A stretch of DNA of 63,936 nucleotides, filler included, from Octopus bimaculoides (lineage: Eukaryota), in assembly GCF_001194135.2 (NCBI RefSeq). It is 8 parts of 7 records of this genome, joined end to end, with 100 filler letters (N's around TTAATTAATTAA, not from the genome) between each part and the next. Parts side by side here need not be neighbours in the genome. Positions count along the whole stretch, not along the records: positions 47,832 to 51,842 come from NC_068984.1; positions 51,943 to 53,114 come from NC_068986.1; positions 53,215 to 57,845 come from NC_068985.1; positions 57,946 to 59,694 come from NC_068989.1; positions 59,795 to 63,936 come from NC_068981.1; 3 more parts are not named here. One strand, 5' to 3'. Position 1 is the stretch's first letter; every line of letters starts with the position of its first letter. The position numbers and the translations under genes are program-made. The notes beneath the pieces were generated by a model that had not been told where the DNA came from, did no database searches, and saw nothing but the letters and a program-made list of their open reading frames with translations. Positions 50,861 to 61,109 of the stretch are shown here, one piece after another.

Positions 50861-51942
50861 CTGGAGAGCGTTGGCAAGTGAACTCCTTTGGACACAAGGA
50901 GGATATCTGCCGAGTGGCTGATGACGATACTGCGAAGATATTGTCTCATAGTTAGCAATAATATGCCTTATATCTCCACCCTTCATTTGATGTTAGATCA
51001 ATTCTTTGTGTGTCTATATATAATACCTACTTAAGATTCCTTGCTGTTCGAGTGCGTGTCCTTGACCTTCAAGGTGAGTTATGGATTTATCGCTACACCA
51101 TGGTAGACTTTAGATGTGCTTATTCCCACCATGGTCTCTATTTACGGTTAGAGTCCCCACCTACTACTCCCTCACTGAATTGGTATTCTATTTGTTTTTC
51201 TTGACGTCTTATACAAGATATTCCACTGTACCTGAGGGAGAAGCCGTTGTCAGTTTTCATTCAATGTTTCTCCGTAATTTTATTAATTATCCTAACAAGT
51301 TTATTTTTTTATCACTTTCATGTTTGAGTAAAATTAGTCACCGAGATCTCTCCTCAGCTGGAGATGTTGCTTTATTGTAACAATCTCTGATTAATATTAT
51401 GTTACGACAGACTTCGTGCCTCGCTCACCTCCCTTGCGTAGGAAATATAATCTGTTTGCACCGCCATTGGCGATGAAAGAGTTTTCTTTTGGCTTAGTAT
51501 TCGTTAGTTTAATGAGAACCTGCAATTTAGCTCGGGTAAAATACTTCAGGGAAATGCAATATACTGAGATTATCCATGCAATTAGTTGAAAAACACTCCC
51601 TCTAAGCAGTATCTTATCTTTTACTTGTTTCAGTCATTGCACCGCAACCATGATGGGATACCGTTTTGAAGAGATTTAGCCGAACGAACAAATCTGCCCC
51701 AGTACTTATAGTCTTAACTTGGTACGTACTCTATCGGTATTTCTGCCGAACCGCTAAGCGACGAGGACATAAACACACCAACACCCGTTGACAAGCAGTG
51801 GGGGGAACAAGTACACACACACACATATATATATATATATATNNNNNNNNNNNNNNNNNNNNNNNNNNNNNNNNNNNNNNNNNNNNTTAATTAATTAANN
51901 NNNNNNNNNNNNNNNNNNNNNNNNNNNNNNNNNNNNNNNNNN

Positions 51943-51991
<49 letters not shown>

Positions 51992-52441
51992 TACATATGT
52001 TGAATCATTAATCCATTCACATTTTTTTCTCTCTCCATTTTCTTTTAGTTGTCTCACTATTTTTTCCCTCTCCACCCTTTCTGTGGAAGAGCCTAGGCTT
52101 GAAACATCAAAGACTTTTCTATTTTTCTCAAGTGTCAAACTAATACACCTGCTTGTTGTTTCCTGTAAATTTGGCCCCAAAGGTCCCGGTCGCCCATCAT
52201 TGCCTCTGTGATTTTACCAACTCCATTCCCTAAATTTGGATTTTTATTTGCATACATAGCAACCTTAGTTGCTAACCGTGAACTATGAAATAACTTTTTT
52301 GAGTTTATCAGACTTCAATATGGGAAAAATTTACAGCCTTCTATGCCAATAAACCATTGTTGTTCTTGGAAGTTGTTTTTATACCTTCTACAGACTTCTC
52401 AAAATTTATTCACTTCCCTCACCAGGATCCTTGGATCTTAC

Positions 52442-52477
<36 letters not shown>

Positions 52478-52564
52478 TAATGTTTGCTTTTATGTTCGGT
52501 TATGATAGAAACAATTTTATATTAATCTGATTGGTTGCTCTTATACTTTTGCAGAGTACAAATT

Positions 52565-52683
52565 TATTATTCTTATGCAAGAACATTGTTGACAGTGACT
52601 TCAAAGGTTACGCAGTCTAACAATGGTTTACAAGGCCAAAACTTTGAAGTCAGTGTCAACAACATTTTTGTATAAGAATAATA
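52565..52683. repeat. Imperfect ~42-bp inverted repeat (MITE-like hairpin)
   Basis: tattattcttatgcaagaacattgttgacagtgacttcaaag versus ctttgaagtcagtgtcaacaacatttttgtataagaataata. The core tgacagtgacttcaaa also occurs at about 28057. Confidence 0.75.
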
Positions 52684-53214
52684 TAATATCATCATCATCA
52701 TTGTTTAACGTCTGCCCTCCATGCAAGCATGGGTTAATGTAGGAGCCTGCCAGGCAGGAGCTTACACCAGATTTCTGCAGTTTTTACAGCTGGGTGCCGT
52801 TCCTAACACCAACATATGGACAAAATATATAAATGTATGAGGTTTCACCAAGATCTCATACATATATATCTATATATATATATATATGGTTCTGGGTTCC
52901 GGGTTCTGTCCCACTGCAGGGCACCTTGGGCAAGTGTCTTCTACTATAGCCTCGGGCCGACCAAAACCTTGTGAGTGGATTTGGTAGATGGAAACTGAAA
53001 GAAGCCTGTTGTATATATGTATTTTTATATATGTATATGTATGTGTGTGTATGTCTGTCCCCCCAACATCGCTTGACAACTGATGCTGGTGTGTTTACGT
53101 CCCCGTAATATAGCNNNNNNNNNNNNNNNNNNNNNNNNNNNNNNNNNNNNNNNNNNNNTTAATTAATTAANNNNNNNNNNNNNNNNNNNNNNNNNNNNNN
53201 NNNNNNNNNNNNNN

Positions 53215-53468
53215 GGAGGCGACGGAAGGCCCGTAGGATCCTCCGACGAAGGGGTAGGGTGGCAGGGTGGAAACGGAGTGGGAAGGGGGTATGGTTAGGG
53301 GATTGATGTGGGGGAGGAGAGAGGGCGGTGATGCGGTCGATTCGACGAGCGCGGGCAAGGGCGGATTGGACAAGGTGGGTGGGGTATCCTCGATGCATGA
53401 ACAGACGAGCAAGATACTGGGACTGGGTCTCGAATTCCTGGTCCAGGCTGCACAAATGTTAGAGGCGG
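53215..53468 (-). mobile_element. Penelope-like element RT thumb/linker fragment, GC-rich
   Basis: CSLDQEFETQSQYLARLFMHRGYPTHLVQSALARARRIDRITAL...PFPLRFHP matches the PLE pattern ICS..EF...L...F..RGYP...I..A..KA...R..LL...PFV..YHP. Truncated by a gap. Confidence 0.8.
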
Positions 53469-53515
53469 AGGAGAGAGAGAGAGAAAGAGCGAGAGAGAAA
53501 AAGAGCGAGAGAGAA

Positions 53516-53554
<39 letters not shown>

Positions 53555-53984
53555 AAGAAAGAGAGATGTATATGTTTACATATAGATGTATATGTACACG
53601 TATATGTATAGATATAGATATAGATCTATATGCATACATGTATATGTATATATATATAGATGTACATGTAATATGTACACATATATACATATATATACAT
53701 GCATACAGATATCTATNNNNNNNNNNNNNNNNNNNNNNNNNNNNNNNNNNNNNNNNNNNNNNNNNNNNNNNNNNNNNNNNNNNNNNNNNNNNNNNNNNNN
53801 NNNNNNNNNNNNNNNNNNNNNNNNNNNNNNNNNNNNNNNNNNNNNNNNNNNNNNNNNNNNNNNNNNNNNNNNNNNNNNNNNNNNNNNNNNNNNNNNCTTA
53901 CAGCTGTGCCTGTCACCTGTATGGTGAGGAATCCTACATTGGGGAGTAGTAACGACTAGGCTAGGGTAGCTGACTGATTATCAT

Positions 53985-54882
53985 GATCATTCGTTTTTGG
54001 CTTTCCTGTAGCTTTGCTCTCTTTTACAAACCCAGTGAACATACATATATTTCCTATTTCAAAGAAATTCAGACAATACATATTACACACAAGTTAAAAA
54101 GATTCCCAACAATTCAACTTCTCTGCTTGACATTAATATACCCACCCCCAATAGGGGCCTTAACTCCCACATTTTAGAGCTCCATTTTTCAGGAGCAAAA
54201 TCCTTTTGGGTCCATGTAGTGTCTTAGACCAAAAAAATTTTTAACTTCTTGCATAGTTCGAGCCCACAATAATATCATATCTCCTCCACTATTTCAGTAT
54301 TACGTGTCAAAAGCGAAACAATAACATCACTCTACTGTAATGTCAGATATTTTCACTTTAACACTGAAACTATTCCACTATTTCAGTATTACCTGTCAAA
54401 AGTGAAACAGTAACATATCGCTACTGTAAATTCAAATACTTTCACTTTAATACTTTCAATTTCATACTGAAACTATAAAAGTGAGACTATACTCTCACAT
54501 ATATACAAGCATACTATAAGACCCAAGTTAAAAACATTCCCAATAATTCAATTTCTGTGGCTGACATTAACACCCCCACCCCCAATAGGGGCCTTCATTC
54601 CTACATTTTAGAGCTCCTTGAGCTCCATTTTTCAGGAGCAAAATCCTTTTTACAGGTTCCAGAAGACTGAAATTTTGGAATATGCGCATAAAGATCAATA
54701 GTATGGGATACATGTCTCATGATTAGAGTTTTTTTAGGGTGTGTAAAAGAGGGAAAGAACCCTTATGTGCAATTTTCATGAAATTCGAATCATATGTATT
54801 CCAGTTCCTTACAGAAAATATAACACAAAATTCTCATTCTTCAATTGCATGTAACACGGGCAACGCCGGGTATCTCTGCTAG
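53985..54882 (+). mobile_element. Non-autonomous Helitron-like element with internal direct repeats
   Basis: 3' end acacgggcaacgccgggtatctctgCTAG|T (CTAG at 54879-54882). Internal ~120-bp direct repeat (about 54088-54207 and 54520-54650) and 89-bp tandem (ccactatttcagtattac at 54286 and 54375). The 5' boundary is approximate. Confidence 0.6.
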
Positions 54883-54883
54883 T

Positions 54884-55029
54884 TATCATTATCATTGTTC
54901 AGGTCACTGCTTGCTATCCAATATACGGAATCTTGGGGTTAAGAGCATGGGCTACTAACCCCAAGATTCCAAGTTCAATTCCAAGCAGTGACCTGAACAA
55001 TAATAATAATAATGATAATAATAATAATG

Positions 55030-55072
<43 letters not shown>

Positions 55073-55226
55073 GAACAACAACAACATCGAAAAATACCTT
55101 AGGAACAAGAACCCAGGTTCGAAATTTCCCCAAGACACCTGATGAAGCCGAAACGGTGTGTTAACAACAAACAAGATGAGGACAAATATCTGTCAAATGT
55201 AAATAATGTACATAATTCCTCATCTC
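54884..55226 (+). mobile_element. Non-autonomous element with a palindromic tRNA-like head, (AAT)n spacer and HHR relic; probably related to a Penelope-like pLTR
   Basis: Perfect 20-bp (54894-54913/54982-55001) and 15-bp (54927-54941/54956-54970) inverted arms; A/B-box-like ggttaagagc...agttcaattcc; HHR relic at 55134; terminal tacataattcctcatctc is also found at 61106-61123. Confidence 0.55.
55134..55162 (+). pseudogene. Relic minimal hammerhead with stem II deleted
   Basis: GACAC CUGAUGA AGCC GAAAC GGU GUGUU: stem I gacac/gtgtt and both cores are present, but only 4 nt separate the cores and position 16.1 is G. Confidence 0.55.
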
Positions 55227-55234
55227 CAGTAGAA

Positions 55235-55650
55235 CCCATTTATTATCACCACTCACTATTCAGTCCAAAAAAAGTTCATTCGTGATACGTAACAGCAAAG
55301 AAGAGCACACATTCATTTTCTGCACATGATTAGACTTGGAAAGTATGTGAGGAAACCACTGACCCAATTTGTTCTTTTTTCCAATGGTATGCCGGTGTCG
55401 ATGAATGGTTGAATGACCACATCCAAGCTTTTCTGCAAGTTCCTCAACAGTTACAATGGGATTTAGTTCCATCAGGAGATCCTCATCAAGCTCTACAGAT
55501 CTTCCAGTATTGTCTTCTAGACTGTAGTTTCCGGCTCAGAATTTCTGGAACCACTATTGACACTGGCTTATGCTTATTGTCCGATCCCCATATACTGCAT
55601 TAATATTCCTCCCACTTTCCATTGCATCGTTGCTTTTATTGAATTCATAA
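55235..55650 (-). mobile_element. Mariner transposase N-terminal fragment (pseudogene)
   Basis: GRNINAVYGDRTISISQCQ*WFQKF*AGNYSLED...GRSVELDEDLLMELNPIVTVEELAEKLGCGHSTIHRH...KLGQWFPHILS...VCSSLLLRITNELFLD contains the two HTH motifs and a WVPHEL-like motif, with in-frame stops. Confidence 0.9.
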
Positions 55651-55932
55651 AGTAAAATATACCAAATATGCTCCTTTGCCACTTCCATTATAGCTTTGAA
55701 AAAATAACTTAAAATCGAACTGCACTCTTAAAAAATTGCACTAAGAGTAAGGACAAGGTAAAATTACTACCTACTTTAAGAGCAAGTTGATACAGGTAGT
55801 CTATCCCATCCCCCTCCAACTTTTAGTTCATGCAATTGAAAAATCTGCTAAAATGCTATAATTAATGCACATGAATGAAAATGTATACACCAACAGGGAC
55901 CATAATTGTCTGAAAAATACCAACAGAGAATT

Positions 55933-55984
55933 CTAAAGACTGATGCGTCAGTTTTGGCAATTTCTGTTGCCACCATCAGTTAAG
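55933..55984 (-). ncRNA. Mutated copy of the same type I hammerhead, probably inactive
   Basis: Minus strand reads CUUAA CUGAUGG U GGCAA-CAGAAA-UUGCC AAAAC UGA-CGCA-UCA GUC UUUAG, with A9>G, G12>A and one stem I mismatch. Stem II is perfect. Confidence 0.8.
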
Positions 55985-56290
55985 TCACCTTGGTGTTCAG
56001 CTATTTCCAGGCCTGTTTCTCAAATAGTATATATATTTTTGTCATCCAAATTAATGGATGATTTAGTGATTCACTAATATGTATACACAAAATTAATGAA
56101 AACAGCAAGTTGCAATGTTTCACCAAAAAGGAGAATTATAATTGTCATTAAATGTGACTAGGGTGTTAAAAAACACCTACATTGCTAGAAAAAAGAACAT
56201 TAACAAATCGCTAAATCATCCATGAATTTGGAAGATGAAAACATATATGTTAATAGAGAAAGGTCCGGAAATAGCCAAACACCGAGCTGG

Positions 56291-56342
56291 CTTAACTGAT
56301 GATGGCAAAGGAAATTGCTGAAACTGATGCGTCAGTCTTAAG
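56291..56342 (+). ncRNA. Type I hammerhead ribozyme, near-canonical
   Basis: CUUAA (stem I 5') CUGAUGA U GGCAA-AGGAAA-UUGCU (stem II, G.U closing pair) GAAAC UGA-UGCG-UCA GUC | UUAAG (stem I 3'). All core nucleotides are present; predicted cleavage is after C56337. Confidence 0.88.
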
Positions 56343-56765
56343 AATTCCCAATCTGTATTTTTCAGACAATTATGGTCCTTGTTAGTGTATATGTTTTCAT
56401 TCATGTGCATTAACTACAGCATTAAAGCATTTTAGTTCTTATTTCTAGCAATGTGCTTTTTAACACCCTAGTCACATTCAGTGACAATTATAATTCTTTT
56501 TGTTGAAACATTGCAGCCTGCTGTTTACACTAATTTTGTGTATATACATTTGTGAATTGCTAAATCATCCAGTAATTTCTGATGCGTCAGTCTTAAGAAT
56601 TCCTAATCAGTATTTTTCAGACAATTATGGTCCTTGTTAGTGTATGTGTTTTCATTCATGTGCATCAACTACAGCATTAGAGCAATGTATGTATTTTTTA
56701 ACACCCTAGTCACATTTAGTGACAATTATAATTATTTTTTTGGTGAAACAGTGCAAACCTGCCTG

Positions 56766-56837
<72 letters not shown>

Positions 56838-57133
56838 NNNNNNNNNNNNNNNNNNNNNNNNNNNNNNNNNNNNNNNNNNNNNNNNNNNNNNNNNNNNNNN
56901 NNNNNNNNNNNNNNNNNNNNNNNNNNNNNNNNNNNNNNNNNNNNNNNNNNNNNNNNNNNNNNNNNNNNNNNNNNNNNNNNNNNNNNNNNNNNNNNNNNNN
57001 NNNNNNNNNNNNNNNNNNNNNNNNNNNNNNNNNNNNNNNNNNNNNNNNNNNNNNNNNNNNNNNNNNNNNNNNNNNNNNNNNNNNNNNNNNNNNNNNNNNN
57101 NNNNNNNNNNNNNNNNNNNNNNNNNNNNNNNNN

Positions 57134-57173
<40 letters not shown>

Positions 57174-57798
57174 GATGGGCTTCTTTCAGTTTCCATCTAC
57201 CAAATCCACTCACAAGGCTTTGGTTGGCCCAAGGCCATAGTGGAAGACACTTGCCCAAGGTGCCACATAGTGGAACTGAACCCAGAACCATGTGGTAGGG
57301 AAGCAAGCTTCTTATTGCACAGCTGCTTCTGCACATATATTTGCATGTGTGTATATGTATATGAATGTATGTGCATATATATACATCAACAGCAATATCA
57401 AAATCAAGTCAAATGGAAATTGTAGTTGTGACCCCCATACCGGTAGCATGTAAAAAGCACCATCCAAATATGGTCGATGCCAGCTCCTCTGGCCCCTGTG
57501 CTGGTGGCACGTAAAAAATACCCACTACACTCTCAGAGTGCCAGATTAGATTTGGGCCTGGTGCAGCCTCCTGGCTTCCTAGACCCCAGTCGAACCATCC
57601 AACCCATGCCAGCATGGAAAACGGACGTATGATGATGATATATATATATAGGTGCAAGAGTGGGTGTGTGGTAAGTAACTTGCTTACCAACCACATGGTT
57701 GCGTGGCAACTTGGGCAAGTGTCTTCTATTATAGCCTCGGGCCAACCAAAGCTTTGTGAGTGGATTTGGTAAACAGAAACTGAAAGAAGCCCGTCGTA

Positions 57799-57845
<47 letters not shown>

Positions 57846-57945
57846 NNNNNNNNNNNNNNNNNNNNNNNNNNNNNNNNNNNNNNNNNNNNTTAATTAATTA
57901 ANNNNNNNNNNNNNNNNNNNNNNNNNNNNNNNNNNNNNNNNNNNN

Positions 57946-58017
<72 letters not shown>

Positions 58018-58385
58018 TTGTGTGTCTGTGTGTCTGTGTATGCTTGCATGTATGCATCTACAAAGACACACTTCCATACACACATACACACACTCGTACG
58101 CGAAAGCAGGGGATAATTTAATTACAACTACAATCTATGTGACGGGCTTTCATATAGTTTCCGTCAAATCAATTTTGTTCTCATATATCGGTCGACCCAA
58201 GCCCCTAACACACATATATAAGATATACATATAGACTCATAAGCGCTGGAAAATCATATGTAAATACAAACGCATTAATACATATGAAATACAAAAACAC
58301 ACGCTCACAAAATATATATGTATATATATATGACTCTAACCCGAACCGCAAAGTTACGGGGACGTAAACACACAAACATCGGTTG

Positions 58386-59404
58386 TCAAGCGATGGTGGG
58401 GACTTTTTGCATTGTACTCCTATCTTTATTTCTATATCTAGGGCAAATACCAGAGATTTCATTACATATGATGTTATCTAACTTCTTTCTAGGACCCCTG
58501 CATAGCCGAATCCTATCTTTATGATCATATCCAGAGAATTGCATGCGGTGCATGAAGTTCTGTACATGTTTCTTTGTTTCATAGGGTTTGCATAGTGGGG
58601 ACACGTTGTTCATTATCTGCTGTCAGCACGTTGATTTTCATGTTGTGTGACAAAGCTGAGTGCTTGTGAACAACGTATTTCAAAGCTATGGGTTTCATGT
58701 AATAGAAGTGGAGTAGCTGCATTCTGTTGTTCACAATTTTTAACCAAAGTTCAGTATCAAGGACGAGGAGTCTATTGTTAGCGTGCCTAGTGGGGTAATC
58801 TATAGTTACCTTGATACTTTGGAGGATGGAGTTAGCTACATACTGGATGCTCTCCATCATGTGCCTCTCGCTTTCTGCATTGCATTACCGTTAATAGAGT
58901 TGGTCGAACTAGAATATTAATGTCATCTACGTACCGACAGTAATGCAAAAGAGTTATGGATTGTTCTGCTAAGGATTAAGTTTTCTGTTCCACCAAGTCA
59001 TAATGAGGCCGGCCACATCTCCACCTACACCAACAACGATGGTTGCACCTTGTACCTGCATGTACAGTTTCCTGTTAAACTTTACTATGTGGTTCTTCAA
59101 GGTGGTTCCTATGCCAGCCCCTATTGCATGTGCAATCATTGTTTTCACCTGGTTTTTGTTCTCAGGGTCTTGAGTGGGGTACGTTCCAGCCACTCCAGCG
59201 CTCTGCGGTGGTTTTTTTCACTGTCGAGGTGATGGTGGGTGCTCTTTCCCTCTGTAACCCGGTGGAGCAGAATCTACCAAGCTTATGATTGTCTAGATAG
59301 TTACAGTCATAGCTTAGTTTAAGGTGGAGGTTCAGTTCTCTCGTGTTGACTTCACGGAACTCTACATCACTCACACATAATCTCAATGCATTTTTCCACA
59401 TCAA
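58386..59404 (-). mobile_element. Penelope-like element (PLE) reverse transcriptase fragment, decayed
   Basis: Frameshifted peptides GIGTTLKNHIVKFNRKLYMQVQGATIVVGVGGDVAGLIMTWWN, YVDDI (gtacgtagatgacatt on minus near 58935-58920), NSILQSIKVTIDYPTRHANNRLLVLDTELW and FYYMKPIALKYVVHKHSALSHNMKINVL follow the PLE RT motif order. Confidence 0.82.
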
Positions 59405-59609
59405 AATCTAGGTCTATAGATGTGTAGAGTGAATTTACATCCATACTACAAATTACACAACCTGTGAAGTCGTTGGAGTGGTTGCAACTACTGATTCTAC
59501 TGAGGAGATCATCCGTTCTCACATACACCTGTCTTCGTCTTTTGTTTTTCTGTAAATTTCAAATATATATGTGTGTGTGTGTGTGTGTGCGTATGTATAT
59601 GTATGTATG

Positions 59610-59641
<32 letters not shown>

Positions 59642-59794
59642 TGCATGTATGTATGTATATATGCATGTATGTAAGTATTTATATCTATCTATCTNNNNNN
59701 NNNNNNNNNNNNNNNNNNNNNNNNNNNNNNNNNNNNNNTTAATTAATTAANNNNNNNNNNNNNNNNNNNNNNNNNNNNNNNNNNNNNNNNNNNN

Positions 59795-60215
59795 AAGATC
59801 TTGAAATAGAAATTAGCAAAATGTGGAATCTGAAGACGAAAACAATACCTATTGTCATAGGTGCCCTGGGAATGACAGCGAAACGGGCTGATTACTACCT
59901 AGCTCAGATACCAGAAACCCCAAAATGGCTGAAGTTCAAAAGATAGTGCTCATGGGAACTGCCCATATCCTACGTAAAATACTGTCTATGTGATCTCAAA
60001 TTTTAAAGCAAACACATAATTTTCTTATGGTTTCTTAAACATTCACTTGAACAAAACTGTACAAATCCAAATATATGGTACCCTAGGCATAACACCTACA
60101 TGAACTTCTAACTTGTTGTCTCTTGAGGTCTCTGGGTGAGACTTGGATCCAACTTGTACAAATGCAAAACAAAAGTCAAACATAAAATGATAATAATAAT
60201 TTTAATAATAATAAT
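59795..60215 (+). mobile_element. R4/Dong-like element 3' end (second subfamily)
   Basis: KDLEIEISKMWNLKTKTIPIVIGALGM...(frameshift)...VQKIVLMGTAHILRKILSM*, then a UTR and (TAA)n. Confidence 0.85.
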
Positions 60216-60510
60216 AATCATTAAAGTTGTTCGCAAAAACAGAGCCTGAAATGGAGAGGCGGGCTGAGACTGTGCAAATGTGTTGCAAGGATATAGGGAC
60301 GGCATTCGGTATCTCGAAGAGTGCGGTGCTTAGTTTGAAGCGAGGGAAAAGGAGTAAATTGTAGGGGCATAGAATTGCCAAACGGAGAGAGAATGGAAAA
60401 CCCGGATGATGATGGGTACAAGAACCTTAGGATCCTGGAGCTGGACAATATCTTGCACGGAGAAATGAAAGACAAGGTCATCACTGCATATTTCAGGCGC
60501 CTCAAATCAT
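60216..60510 (+). mobile_element. R4/Dong-like RT fragment
   Basis: LKLFAKTEPEMERRAETVQMCCKDIGTAFGISKSAVLSLKRGK...ELPNGERMENPDDDGYKNLRILELDNILHGEMKDKVITAYFRRLK. Confidence 0.8.
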
Positions 60511-61033
60511 GCATAGTCTTCTGCTCATACAGACTCATCCTTTCATCTGATGATGCGTTGCGATAGAGTCATGCAACTTCTTTGGGCATGTTATCAGACA
60601 CAGTGTTGCTGAACGAACTGCCTTCCAAGTCTTATGATGTTACCAGTCTCATGTATGCACATTTGGTCAAGGGATACACTTCGACGCTGTATGTATGTAT
60701 GTATGTATGTATGTATGTATGTATGTATGTATGTATGCATGCATGCATGTATGTATGCATGTGTGTATGCATGTGTGTATGTATGTATGTATGCATGTAT
60801 GTATGTATGTATGTATGTATGTATTGCTCGATGTATGTACCTATTCATTGCTCGATGTTTTAGGCACTGAGCAGTCCCTCTCTTTACACTGTATGGATGG
60901 TGGGAGTTGAAGTTGTGGTATCGTCCAGTGAATGTCGGCTTGCAGTATACGGATGTCCTGAATCCATACTTGGTGCGTTATTAATACATCCAGGAATGCT
61001 AGCTGATTGTCTTATTCTTTTTCCATTGTGTAC

Positions 61034-61109
61034 TGTATGGATGGCTCTATTGAATTCACATGATCTGACATTTGTTAGATCATGTGAACTCAATAGAGCC
61101 ATCCATACA
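61034..61109. repeat. 76-nt near-perfect hairpin (37-bp arms, 2 substitutions, 2-nt centre)
   Basis: tgtatggatggctctattgaattcacatgatctgaca TT tgttagatcatgtgaactcaatagagccatccataca. Confidence 0.9.

Larger units (their letters stand above)
55847..56763. mobile_element. Retrozyme-like non-autonomous element: ~350-bp HHR-containing monomer, one copy on minus (56198-55847) head-to-head with ~1.6 tandem copies on plus (56206-56763)
   Basis: gctaaatcatcc recurs at 56210 and 56559 (period 349). The second plus copy lacks ~94 bp including the 5' half of the HHR, and only the 3' half remains at 56579-56597. The reverse-complement copy spans about one monomer. No coding potential. Confidence 0.78.

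Noticed and set aside
11234-59750. Palindromic TTAATTAATTAA recurring seven times
   Set aside because: Always centred in a 100-bp N block. It is an artificial six-frame-stop scaffolding linker, not biology.
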